Assembly (NCBI GenBank): GCA_964291265.2
Contig: OZ219747.1
Span: 352,001 to 416,000, forward strand
Source of the DNA: Alphaproteobacteria bacterium
Lineage (GTDB): Bacteria > Pseudomonadota > Alphaproteobacteria > SP197
Direction: 5' to 3'
Length of the DNA stretch: 64,000 nucleotides
Position 1 is the stretch's first letter. Every line of letters begins with the position of its first letter. Shown here piece after piece: positions 19,754 to 29,230 of this stretch. Below the pieces are notes generated by a model. That model made no database searches and was not told where the DNA came from. It saw only the letters and a program-made list of their open reading frames with translations. Made by a program: the position numbers and the translations under genes.

Positions 19754-20679
19754 AAGCTGTACCAGTTCCCTCCCATGACACCCGCGATCTCGTCCGCCGT
19801 CATGCCGACGGCACCGAGGCCCTCCTCAATGGCGTCAAAGCAGAGATTGCTGGTGAACCAGGTGGGGAAAGATGGAACGGCGGCATCGCCGCCGTCGTCC
19901 CTGGTCCAGCGTCCGGTTCGCATCCAGGCGATGACGCGATCAGGCTGATCCTGCACGAGGTCCGAGCCGATGCCGATGCGGTCCATGCCGAACCGTTCAC
20001 CGGTTTCGGCAACCATCTGGCAGAAACTCCCGAGACTGCACCCGGAGCCGTCCTTCAGATGCGGTGGATAGAGGGAAAAGCCGATCATGCCGCCATTCAC
20101 GGTCACCGCCCGAATGGCGTCGTCGGACTTGTTGCGCGGCACGGGCCACCAGCTTGCCGGATTGGCATGGGTGATGGCGATCGGCCGCTCGGACAACTCC
20201 GCCGCCTCGATGGTGGAGCGCTCGCCCGAGTGGCTCATGTCGATGACCAGCCCGACCCGATTCATCTCCCGGATCACTTCACGGCCCATCCGTGTCACAC
20301 CCGAATCGTGATGTTCCCGGAATCCCGCCGCCAGGAGAGACTGGTTGTTGTAGGAGAGCTGCATGAAACGGCCGCCCAGAGTGTGGAGAATCTCGATGAG
20401 ACCGATGTCGTCTTCCATGGGGCTGCAGTTCTGGAACCCGAAGAAGATGGCGGTCCGCCCGGTCTCGGCTGCGCGTTTCACGTCGGTGGCCCACCGTCCG
20501 TGAAAGATGAGATCCGGATACTGTCCGAACCACCGGTTCCACCGCTCGATGTTGTGCACTGTTTCGCGGAAAGTCTCGTGGTAGGCGATGGTGACATGCA
20601 CTGCATGCACCCCGCCCTCGTTCATCTGCCGAAAGATCTTCTCGGACCAGTTGGCATACTGGAGATTGTCGATCCTCAT
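19720..20679 (-). CDS. membrane (renal) dipeptidase family M19
   Basis: IDNLQYANWS, FGFQN, MQLSYNNQS, DMSHS, THAN, RNKSD and GSDL motifs. Confidence 0.9.
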   Translation of the reverse strand: MRIDNLQYANWSEKIFRQMNEGGVHAVHVTIAYHETFRETVHNIERWNRWFGQYPDLIFHGRWATDVKRAAETGRTAIFFGFQNCSPMEDDIGLIEILHTLGGRFMQLSYNNQSLLAAGFREHHDSGVTRMGREVIREMNRVGLVIDMSHSGERSTIEAAELSERPIAITHANPASWWPVPRNKSDDAIRAVTVNGGMIGFSLYPPHLKDGSGCSLGSFCQMVAETGERFGMDRIGIGSDLVQDQPDRVIAWMRTGRWTRDDGGDAAVPSFPTWFTSNLCFDAIEEGLGAVGMTADEIAGVMGGNWYSFYEEGFEPRPA

Positions 20680-20839
20680 GGCGCAAGACTGCATCCGACA
20701 GGCCTCAAGGTCCACCTCTCTCGGACCTGCTCGCATGGCATGGCGCCGCGACCGCAAGACCATGCTGATCGTCACCCGAAACGAGGCGGAGGAGGCGCCG
20801 GAGTCGGTGGTGCTGTCGCGAGCAGAACCGGGAGTTGGC

Positions 20840-20937
20840 CAGGACCATCCCTTTGTCGGGCCTGTGGATGGCCGATGTGACAGGAACCTGGCACGGTTGA
20901 GGCGCCCCGGGTTCACTGCGGGCCGGTTTCAGTGGCC
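20840..20937 (+). repeat. ~95-bp dispersed repeat, copy 1
   Basis: CAGGACCAT..CTTTGTCGGGCCTGTGGATGG..GCACGGTTGAGGC.CCCCGGGTTCACTGCGGGC.GGTTTCAGTGGCC; copy 2 at 22726-22817 resumes at 25701. Confidence 0.8.
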
Positions 20938-21039
20938 ACTGCTGGTGCATCAGGGCTCATCGGGCACGCTTTTTCGAGTGCTCGAGCGGAGTTGTCCTGT
21001 TGCGCCGTCGGGCGGCGCATTCCCGGCTTGTGGCGCCGG

Positions 21040-21450
21040 GTCAGGAGCGCAAGGTTCATGTCGACGAACGTCTCCGCGAGGAACACCTTGCGCGACCTCG
21101 ATGTCGACGGACAGCCGCCGAAGACTTGAGGCCGAACACGCTCAGACGCCGGGTTCGGCATCCCCCTCGGGACAGGAATGACGAACCGGGAACTGTTCGC
21201 GATCAGATGCAGGCGCCGGAACTGCTGCTCCGCAGTCCAGCCGATCCAGCGGTTGCGTGCAGCAAGCTTGAACTCAGCCCGGCTGGCAGCCGACCAGCGC
21301 CACCCAGGTCTCGCCCGCCAGGGCGACATGGCGCAGGCCCTTGCCGATGATGCCGTGAAACCGCAGGTAGTGATGCTCCTTCACCAGACGGTCCCAGAGC
21401 CGGTGCTCACGTGCGCCACGGGTCAGACTTGACCGCCACCTCGCGAAGGT
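21040..21450 (-). pseudogene. DUF4338-domain protein fragment, frameshifted
   Basis: RLWDRLVKEHHYLRFHGIIGKGLRHVA / RNRWIGWTAEQQFRRLHLIANSSRF / LAETFVD. Confidence 0.75.
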
Positions 21451-21652
21451 CGATGAGGGAATCCGGGGTCGCAAGTAAGCGTCGTCATGCCGGCACACTA
21501 CCACGGCGAAAACGGGATCTTTGCCCCAAGATCAGCGTGCGTCGATCGCCGGGACGACAACATGAAGAGTCCTGCGTCTGCCACACCTGGAGTTGAATTG
21601 TGCTTTCCACGCTCCCATAGTATTGTCCGTGGGGTCGCGTTGAGTGAGAGGG

Positions 21653-22021
21653 ATGTATCGAACAGTTGCGGTGGCTACCCTTGGTGTGTTCCTGTGGGCT
21701 GCGGCCCTTGCTGGAGACAGCACACCAACCACGATTCCCGAAGATGCCGAAGATCTCGTGGGACTCACAACCATGGCGAAGGTGAAGGTCCCCGTTCGCA
21801 AATCCCCACCTGAAGGTCTCCTCGCCTGGCCCGGGGCGCAGGTTGGCGAGCTCTATCCGGACATGAGCTATCGAATCGAAGATGCGGTAGTCCTTCCGTA
21901 CGTCTTCTGGACACAGACCTGGGTTCTGATCACTGATCTGGACTCGGGTGAGGAGCTCGGATGGTCCTATTTCGGCGAGGATGCCTCGCAGAGCGTCAAC
22001 TTCTATTGGCCCCATTATTGA
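21653..22021 (+). CDS. hypothetical exported protein
   Basis: Signal-peptide-like N-terminus (AAALA); aromatic beta-rich C-terminus (WVLI...GWSYFG); more AT-rich than the flanks. Confidence 0.65.
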   Translation: MYRTVAVATLGVFLWAAALAGDSTPTTIPEDAEDLVGLTTMAKVKVPVRKSPPEGLLAWPGAQVGELYPDMSYRIEDAVVLPYVFWTQTWVLITDLDSGEELGWSYFGEDASQSVNFYWPHY

Positions 22022-22030
22022 GTTATCTCG

Positions 22031-22393
22031 ATGGAACCGGCGCCCTACTGGCAGCCGATTGTTGCAATCGGCAGCCCCTTTCTATCCTTCTTCGCAGGGG
22101 TGTGGCTGACTGATCGGATTGGCCTGTACAGCCATATTCCGAGGCGCATTTTGTATCTGATAGCGATCCCCATTGGGATCGTCCTTCCCGCTCAGTTCGC
22201 TCAAAGTGCTGCTGTGACGATAGATTCGGTGATCTACTACGGATATATGCAGCAGGTATTCAAGTTCGCGATGTTCATGGGCACGGTCATGCTCTGCGGT
22301 ATGGCGGTGCCCGACTTGTTTGTCGCCATCATGAGCAGGATTCTCGGGCCCCGTGGTGGCGGGCCGGGCGGAGCGCCGACTGATCATTCCTGA
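22031..22393 (+). CDS. hypothetical membrane protein (about 3 TM)
   Basis: Three hydrophobic stretches; starts 9 nt after the previous ORF. Confidence 0.65.
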   Translation: MEPAPYWQPIVAIGSPFLSFFAGVWLTDRIGLYSHIPRRILYLIAIPIGIVLPAQFAQSAAVTIDSVIYYGYMQQVFKFAMFMGTVMLCGMAVPDLFVAIMSRILGPRGGGPGGAPTDHS

Positions 22394-22725
22394 AGTCGTG
22401 GTGCTGCTCTGACCGCCGTTCCGACACAAACCGGGGCGGGAGGTGCTGGTCGGACCGGCTGGCGGGCTTGTGACGACGCAAGGGACGCTGTCAACGCCTA
22501 GGGAACGCCGTGGAGGCGTTGTCCGGGGCCTGCGGTCCATCCACCCATCGACACGTCGTTCACCGCACTCACTGGCCCGTGCTGACGATCGATCTTGCAG
22601 TGTAGCGAGTTGGGAGCCCTCGACATTACCTCATGGCAACCTTGGCCGGCGTCTCGAGGCGCCGGCCTACCCATCGTCGTTGGCGGCGGTGATCATGCAC
22701 TCTCCGGCGCCGTGGTGGTGGCGGG

Positions 22726-22817
22726 CAGGACCATTCCTTTGTCGGGCCTGTGGATGGCTGATGTGGCAGGGACCTGCACGGTTGAGGCTCCCCGGGTTCA
22801 CTGCGGGCAGGTTTCAG
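22726..22817 (+). repeat. ~95-bp dispersed repeat, copy 2 (interrupted by IS66)
   Basis: Matches 20840-20932; continues as GGTTTCAGTGGCC at 25701. Confidence 0.8.
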
Positions 22818-22859
22818 GTAAGCGTTCGGCCACGCGGTGATTGTTGGTGATATTCACCG

Positions 22860-23161
22860 GTTGAGGATGCGTTTGGGAGGCGCACCACGTGGCGGTTCGC
22901 TGTTGGGTCCGAAGACGATGGGTCCGGGTCGGGTTGCTCGTCGTTGGGGTGGCGGCAGGGTGATGAGGCCGTCGCGGTGCATGGCCAGAAAGGCGACATT
23001 CGCCATCATGTTCTTGAGGCCCCGTCGGGCTTGTATCAGCCGGTCTCGCGGCAGAAGGCGCGGGCGATGGCCGCACGGGTGGGGTGCTGGGTGATCAGGG
23101 AGCGCAACAGCGCCATCTCGTGCGCGGTGAAGTCACGGCCGTCGTAACGGCACTCGATCAC
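22860..23161 (-). pseudogene. DUF4338 N-terminal fragment inside IS66
   Basis: RYDGRDFTAHEMALLRSL... with an in-frame TGA and a frameshift, then LAMHRDGLITLPPP. Confidence 0.7.
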
Positions 23162-25602
23162 CCCGGTTCCATGAGGTCCCTTCGACGCTCCGGGGGCATC
23201 GACCATGGCAGCCACGGGTCGAGGTCATCCGGCGGCTTGCCGCCGTTCTGCGCGCAGGCCTCAAGCCACTCATGAAGCCAGCGCCGAACATTGATGTTGT
23301 TCATGGCAAGGGTGCCGATGACCGAGTACATGATGGCGGTGAAGGCGGCGCCTTCCTCGCTGTCGGAGCCGAAGCTCAGCTTTCTCGCGGTCACCGCACC
23401 CCGGAGGGCTCTCTCGGCAAAGTTGTTGTCCATGGGCACCTGGGGATGGTCGACAAAGACGCACAGTCCCTCGCGGTGACGGATCAGGGAACGCAAGGGC
23501 TTCGCTTCGCGTGCACCCTCGGGCAAGGCGTCGAGTTCCTCCTGAGCCTGCCTGAACAGCGCCTCGACAGCCGCACGAAGGTCCTTCTGCAGGGCATTGA
23601 ACCTCGCTGACTGACGCTTGCGTGCGGGATCGTAGTGCTTCAGCCGTTGCCCATTCAGTGTGTAGATCAGCGCGATCCTGTCGAGCCACTTGTCGCACCA
23701 CTCTTCCAGCCCCTCCTGGCCTGCCGCAGCCTCGATCACATCGCGCCTGGAGTGCGCCCAGCAAAGGCAGAGGATCACCTTGCCATCAAGCTCACGCTCC
23801 AGTTTCCTGTAGACCACGTAGCGGTCGCAAACAAGGAAGACGACACCTTCGGTGGAGGCGAACAGCACCATGGCCACCCGGGCGCTGCGTGACGGGTCGA
23901 TAAGGAAGAAGACGGAGTCGGCGCTGACCGCGGTCCACAGCCAGGCCTTCTGCGAGCGCCCCGAGGCCTTGAGGGACTGGATGCGCCAGCTGGTCTCGTC
24001 GCCGTGGCGCACCGTCAGCCGGTTCTGATGATCGAGGATGGCCTGAGCGAGAGGCGCGAACATCGGCGTCATCTTCTTCATGCCGCCAGCGATCGTTCCC
24101 GGCGCCATCGGCAGTCCCTGGTCTTCCAGCCATCGCGAGACCCGGCGCAGGGGACGCAAGCAGGCGAAGCGCTCATAGAGCACGCATTCCCAGACACTGA
24201 TGCCGAAGGGGGTATTCGCAAGCAAGCGCAAAGGTGGCGGCGCGATGATCTCCGCAGGCGCCGACGAACACTGACAACCACGGCGCCAACGCCCACGTTC
24301 AATCCGCCGGATATGAGCCTTGACATGGACCTCCATGATCGAGGTCTCGTGGCTGCCGTTGGCCACATAGGGCTCGCCGCAACACGGGCACGTGCGCTGC
24401 GATGCCGGTGGATCATGGCGTTCGTGCTTCTCCTTGAGCTTCGGACGCGGAGTGCGCCCGTGGCCGCTCTTGCCGGGTTGCTGACCCCGCTTGTTCCCTG
24501 TGCCTTCCTTCTTCTTCCGCTTCTCGCTCTTCGACCCGAAGCGCGCCGTCGCGTGCTTGGCACGCGTCCCGCGGAGATTCCTCAGCTCGCTCGCCTGTTC
24601 AGCGTTCTTGAGCTTCAGAGCGTCCCTTTCCTGCTCCAGCGCCTCCGCTCGGGCCTGTCCACGCTTCACCTCCCGGCGAGCCTCCTTGAGCTGATCACGA
24701 GTGCGGTCGAGATGAAACTTGAATGTGCCCGCACGGGCACGGGCAGAATTCTTCGCACGGCGCAGGTCAGACGCGGTAGGGATGCGCATTGCTGCGCACC
24801 CCCCGCGCAGATCCGGACGTGGACGTTAATCCATCCGGCTCCTACCTCGGGTACTGGACGGCAAACCACTGGACTAGCCTGCGGCTTCCCGTATCCGATC
24901 CGCCGCCTGTGGCACGCTTGCCCGACACTGCGTTCGGTGCGTGCTTTAGCGTCCCGGATTCCCCTTGGTTGAGGCCCTTTCCTCCAGCGACTCCGCAGAA
25001 GCTAACGCTTCCTTGTTCGCCGCCTTCACAGGTACTACGGCCTCATCCGACTTCTTCAAACCGTACATCATAGGCTTCGGTTTTCTCCTTCCCCATGCGG
25101 TCCCGCCACAACCGGCGGGACGGTTTGAAGATCTCCCAGGGTCCCAACAGAAGGCGTGCGGACGTGCATGGGTTCTCTGACACCGCGGGGCTCGCCGACA
25201 TCTCACCAAATCGATGCCTGCGATGTTGCCTTCGACCAATGCGAAAGCCTCGGCACCCCGGATGATAGCTTTTTCGGTGCTCATTAGCCCTGCCCATCCG
25301 TACCGCTACCGACGCTTCGCCTGCCCCCTCGCGGGAACCGACGCACGGCTCGCGGAGAAACGTGGTTTGGTTACTCCTTCGTTCCAGGGGACTTTCACCC
25401 CCTACCTTCCGCCAGTTCGCCTGGCACACCGCATACGCGCTTCCGCCGCATCCGCACGAACCCGCTCCGCCTCATAGAGCGCACGCCAGTCAGGCGCCTC
25501 GCATGACAAGGCCACTGACGCCCGACATAGGCCGTCACCACCTCCCGTCAGCTGCTGTGTCGCTCCGCGCGTCTCGGCAAAAGTCTTCATGGCCTCGACC
25601 AT
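23158..25602 (-). CDS. IS66 transposase TnpC, intron-split: exon 1 25602(or 25590)-25430, exon 2 24769-23158
   Basis: FGSKSEK, CPCCG zinc ribbon, HGDETSW, VCDRY, LCWAHSRR and DNNFAERALR motifs; the joined exons read DAAEARMR-DLRRAKNSARARAG in frame. Confidence 0.88.
24770..25429 (-). ncRNA. group II intron (660 nt) with almost completely deleted RT ORF
   Basis: 5' GTGTG; D5 GAGCCGGATGGA-TTAACG-TCC-AC-GTCCGGATC with AGC triad and AC bulge; D6 ...GGGGGGTGCGCAGCAATGCGCATCCCTACCGCGTC; candidate EBS1 CGCAT at 25243-25239. Confidence 0.88.
24842..25071 (-). pseudogene. ltrA: group II intron RT/maturase remnant (N- and C-terminal stubs only)
   Basis: MMYGLKKSDEAVVPVKAANK...TKGNPGR*STHRTQCRASVPQAADRIREAA fused to the C-terminal-type FAVQYPR*. 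Confidence 0.8.
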
Positions 25603-25833
25603 AATCGAGACCAAACGAGTTTACCAGCACTTTCTCAGACGATAGTCAGCAAGACCCAAACCAACCAAAATCAGCCATCACCGAACGGCCGAACGCTTAC
25701 GGTTTCAGTGGCCTGACGACGGCCGTCCCGTCCCGACGTGATCGGTGGGATGCAAGGCAACACGACGGCGGCATGTGCCATCACCCCAATTGCGTGTAGT
25801 GTGCGGCCTCGCCGAAAGGAGAAGCCGTGAAGG

Positions 25834-26382
25834 ATGGCGGTGCGTCGCGTATGCGTGTTCTGCGGTTCCCTCGAGGGACGTGATTCGCGATACCTGGAGC
25901 TTGGTGACGACCTCGGACGGTTGCTGGCCGAGGCCGGACTTCAGATCGTCTACGGCGGTGGCGGCGTGGGCATCATGGGAGCGGTCGCCGACTCGGCCAT
26001 CGCTGCGGGAAGTCAAGTGACGGGGGTCATTCCGTCGTTTCTGGTCGAACGGGAACACCACCACCCCGGCGTTGCCAGGATGATCGAGACACGGGACATG
26101 CACGAAAGGCGCATGGCCATGTACGACAATGCGGACGCCTTCGTCTCTCTGCCAGGGGGTATCGGCACCCTCGAGGAGACCGTCGAGGTCCTGAGCTGGA
26201 TCACGCTGGACATCCACACCAAGCCAGTGATTCTCGTCGATTCGGTGTACTGGTCACCCTTCCTGGCCCTGCTGGACCATGTGGAAGACCACGGCTTTTC
26301 CCACCGGAGTCTGAGAGGCTGCCTGGAGGTGGTCGACAAACCCGAAGACGCGGTCGCGCGCCTTGCTGCAGGAACCTCCTGA
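25834..26382 (+). CDS. LOG family nucleotide 5'-monophosphate nucleosidase
   Basis: VCVFCGS, VYGGG..GIMGA, MHERR and LPGGIGTLEE motifs. Confidence 0.92.
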   Translation: MAVRRVCVFCGSLEGRDSRYLELGDDLGRLLAEAGLQIVYGGGGVGIMGAVADSAIAAGSQVTGVIPSFLVEREHHHPGVARMIETRDMHERRMAMYDNADAFVSLPGGIGTLEETVEVLSWITLDIHTKPVILVDSVYWSPFLALLDHVEDHGFSHRSLRGCLEVVDKPEDAVARLAAGTS

Positions 26383-26515
26383 ACGGCAGGTCGGGGCTCG
26401 CATCCCTGAGCGGAGAGACAGGAACCTGAACTTTCACCGCGGCAAGTATCGCGCCTCTGCCGCCTGCAGGGGCGACACTGCGGCGGTCCGGCATTCCGGA
26501 CCTTGGACGGTGCGG

Positions 26516-27478
26516 TCACGGGGTGTCGATGCCTGCGTGCTCGTCGAGAGCGGCAACGATGGCGGTGGCCATCGCCGGCTCGTCGGGCATGTGTCCACCA
26601 TGTTCGACGATGCGCAGGTCGGCGCGGGGCCAGGCCTTGCCGAGACGCCAGGCTTCGCGTAGCGGCGTACACATGTCGAAGCGGCCGTGGACGATCGTTG
26701 CGGGGATGTCCGCGAGGCGTTCGCAACGCGACACGATGTGATCCTCGCCATCGAGAAAGCAGCCGTTCTCGAAGTAGTGCGCCATGATCCTGCCGTAGCT
26801 TGCGCCGCCGCCTTCGGTGAGGCTGGCCTCGCGAGGATGAAAGTAGACCGCGGCGGTCTCCCAGGCCTCGAGGGCGCAGGCGATGCGGTCTGCGTCCCCG
26901 GAGTCGCTGCCACGTATGCGGCGGTAGGTCGCGGCTTCGATGTCGTCAAGGTCGCGGGGCGGGAAGTGGGCCACGAAGCGGTCCCAGGCCTCGGGATAGA
27001 CCATGTTGGCGCCGAATTCGAAGAGCCAGCGTTGCGTCGTTCGGTCGGCAAGCCATACGCTCCAGACACAAAGTGCGCTGACGCTCCCGGGATGTGACTG
27101 GGCATAGACCAGGGCCAGTGTCGATCCCCACGAACCGCCGGCGACATGCCAGCGACCGATGCCGAGATGCTCTCGAATCCTCTCGATATCGGCAACGAGA
27201 TGCCAGGTCGTGTTGTCGTCGACGAGTGCGCTTGGCGTGCTGCGGCCGGCGCCACGCTGGTCGAAGGCAACCACGCGGTAGCGCTCGGGGTCGACGAGCC
27301 GGTGATGGCGCGGCGAGATCCGGCCGCCCGGTCCACCGTGGAGGAGAACGATCGGGACGCCGTCGGGATTGCCGCTTTCCTCGACATGGAGCTCGTGGCT
27401 CGGGGACACCCTGAGACGAAAGGTGCGGCGCACCTCGCGCTCAGGATAGACGATACGGGAGGCGTCGGGGGCGGTCAC
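26516..27478 (-). CDS. pip: proline iminopeptidase
   Basis: GNPDG, HGGPG, FDQRGAGRS, GGSWGSTLAL and VHGRFD motifs. Confidence 0.9.
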   Translation of the reverse strand: MTAPDASRIVYPEREVRRTFRLRVSPSHELHVEESGNPDGVPIVLLHGGPGGRISPRHHRLVDPERYRVVAFDQRGAGRSTPSALVDDNTTWHLVADIERIREHLGIGRWHVAGGSWGSTLALVYAQSHPGSVSALCVWSVWLADRTTQRWLFEFGANMVYPEAWDRFVAHFPPRDLDDIEAATYRRIRGSDSGDADRIACALEAWETAAVYFHPREASLTEGGGASYGRIMAHYFENGCFLDGEDHIVSRCERLADIPATIVHGRFDMCTPLREAWRLGKAWPRADLRIVEHGGHMPDEPAMATAIVAALDEHAGIDTP

Positions 27479-27481
27479 GGG

Positions 27482-28444
27482 TCAATACCCCCTCTCGGGG
27501 TCGACACGATTGGCGAGTGGCTCGCCCCGCACGAAGCGGTCGAGATTGTCGAGAAAGACCCGTGTGCTCAGCCGATCGTAGTCCTGCCAGGTCAGCATGC
27601 CGCCCACGTGCGGGGTGATGTGGACGTTCTCCATGTCCCAGAGCGGGCTGTCGTGAGGCAGGGGCTCCCGATGGAAGACATCGAGAGAAGCGGCCCCCAC
27701 GTGCCCGGACCGCAGCGCCCGGATCAGTGCCTCCTCGTCGATGACCCCGCCTCTCGACATGTCGTGCACGATCACGCCAGGCTTGGCGGCAGCAAGTGCC
27801 GAGGCGCCGATCAGTCCGCGCGTCGCATCGATCAGCGGCGTCACGACGATGACGTAGTCGGAGAGCGCCAGGACGTCGTTGAGCCGGTCCGGGCCCACGA
27901 CCTCCTCGACTCCTTCAAGGGGCTGCGGTCGCGCCCGCACGCCGTAGACGGTCATGCTCAGGACGCGGCCGACCCGGGCGCAGGCCCGGCCGATCTTGCC
28001 CAGGCCGACGACGGTCAGCGTGCCGCCGGTCGAGCGGATGACGTCATGGGGTTGCCAGAGATGCGCCTTCTGCTGCTCGTGGTAGCGGAAGAAGCGGCAG
28101 TTGATCGCGATCAGGCGGCCGATGGCGAACTGCGCCATCGCCTCGTCTTGCACGCCTCCGGAGTTGCACACGTGCACCTTGTCGGGATCCCAGGGGGTCA
28201 GATGGTTGATGCCGGCCCCCGAGACATGGATGAAACGCAGCGAGGGTTGCGCCAGCAGGGCCTCGCGCGGGTAGGGCCGGCGCTCGAATCGTTCGGTGTA
28301 GGCCACGTGATGGTCGCCGCGCGCCGCGTCCGGCAGGGCATCGAAGCTCTCGCACGTCGTGATGACGGCGCCGGGGTGACGTTCGGCAACGGCGCGCGCC
28401 ACCATTCCGGGCCGCTCGGTGTGAATGAGAATACGCAAGGTCAT
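27482..28444 (-). CDS. D-2-hydroxyacid dehydrogenase family protein
   Basis: VGLGKIG, SRGGVIDE, LDVFHREPL and ITPH motifs. Confidence 0.9.
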   Translation of the reverse strand: MTLRILIHTERPGMVARAVAERHPGAVITTCESFDALPDAARGDHHVAYTERFERRPYPREALLAQPSLRFIHVSGAGINHLTPWDPDKVHVCNSGGVQDEAMAQFAIGRLIAINCRFFRYHEQQKAHLWQPHDVIRSTGGTLTVVGLGKIGRACARVGRVLSMTVYGVRARPQPLEGVEEVVGPDRLNDVLALSDYVIVVTPLIDATRGLIGASALAAAKPGVIVHDMSRGGVIDEEALIRALRSGHVGAASLDVFHREPLPHDSPLWDMENVHITPHVGGMLTWQDYDRLSTRVFLDNLDRFVRGEPLANRVDPERGY

Positions 28445-28550
28445 CCGTGTCTTACCTCCCGGGACAGGCACAACCAAACCACCGGTGCCTGTGGTGTGTG
28501 TTGTCGAGGGGCGCCCCGAGACTGTCCTGCCTGAGGCCCGAGGAGGACGC

Positions 28551-29230
28551 ATGGCACGTATCGAACTTCCCTGTCTCGACCCTCATGAGGTCGTCGATCT
28601 TCTGGCTTAACGTTCCGGTCGCCATGGAGATCGTGAAACCGGGCCTCGCGGCTCGCGGCGCTGTCCTGCTGCCGCCCGAGGCTTGACATCCATCTCGACA
28701 AGCGCGGCAACGGTCCAAGCCAACGTTACCACCCGGCTGCGCAGATTACATCGACCGCGCCTTGTGACAGTGGTTGGCGGCTGCGTCGACAAGCGGAAAC
28801 GCGGGCCTCCCCTCGGAGGTGGTGCTCCTGACGCTCTGCGAGCCCGGGACTTAGCGAGTCTCTGTGCCTGCTCGATGCCACCCTTGGCGACATGGCTGCG
28901 GACCGGGGCCGTAGCGGTGTTGGCGTCGACCACCTCGCATGAAGGGATGCGGCGATTGCTTAACGCGGCGCTCCCTTGCGGGGGCGTGCATGGCGCGCCC
29001 GCACCAGGACCTGTGAGGAGCTTGGTCAGCAGGGGCGAGGATGAGCCTTTCGCTGTGGACCTCGTCCCGTCGCCAGCGTCCACACCGCGGTCGAGGGCGT
29101 CTGGAACCAGCCGAGGCCCTCGTGCGCGACGCCCAGGCTGAGAAAGCGGATCACCTTCCGGCATCGCCGCCTTGCCGTCAGCCATGTCGTCCCCGGACAC
29201 TGGATTTGCCAGCGGGACGGTCCCGACGTT
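28551..29230 (+). pseudogene. ornithine cyclodeaminase/mu-crystallin family pseudogene
   Basis: GAGGAGG RBS plus MARIELP; fragments in several frames: VVGGCVD, PSEVVLLTL, LLDAT, WLRTGAVAVLA, RLEPAEAL, HRRLAVSH. Confidence 0.6.

Larger units (their letters stand above)
22818..25700 (-). mobile_element. complete IS66-family element (no tnpA/tnpB; ISBst12-like organisation)
   Basis: Perfect 14-bp terminal IRs GTAAGCGTTCGGCC at 22818 and 25700; 8-bp TSD GGTTTCAG at 22810-22817 and 25701-25708. Confidence 0.92.

Noticed and set aside
21040-21450. Druantia defence system suggested by DUF4338 (DruA-like) fragments
   Set aside because: All copies are broken and IS-associated; no DruE helicase or other Dru genes are present.
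21475-21483. GTAAGCG as another IS66 end (also at 49093 on the minus strand)
   Set aside because: Only a 7-10 bp match with no partner IR or TSD; cannot define an element.
28551-28610. 19-aa leader peptide with a strong RBS
   Set aside because: Probably the start of the OCD pseudogene cut short by a premature stop.
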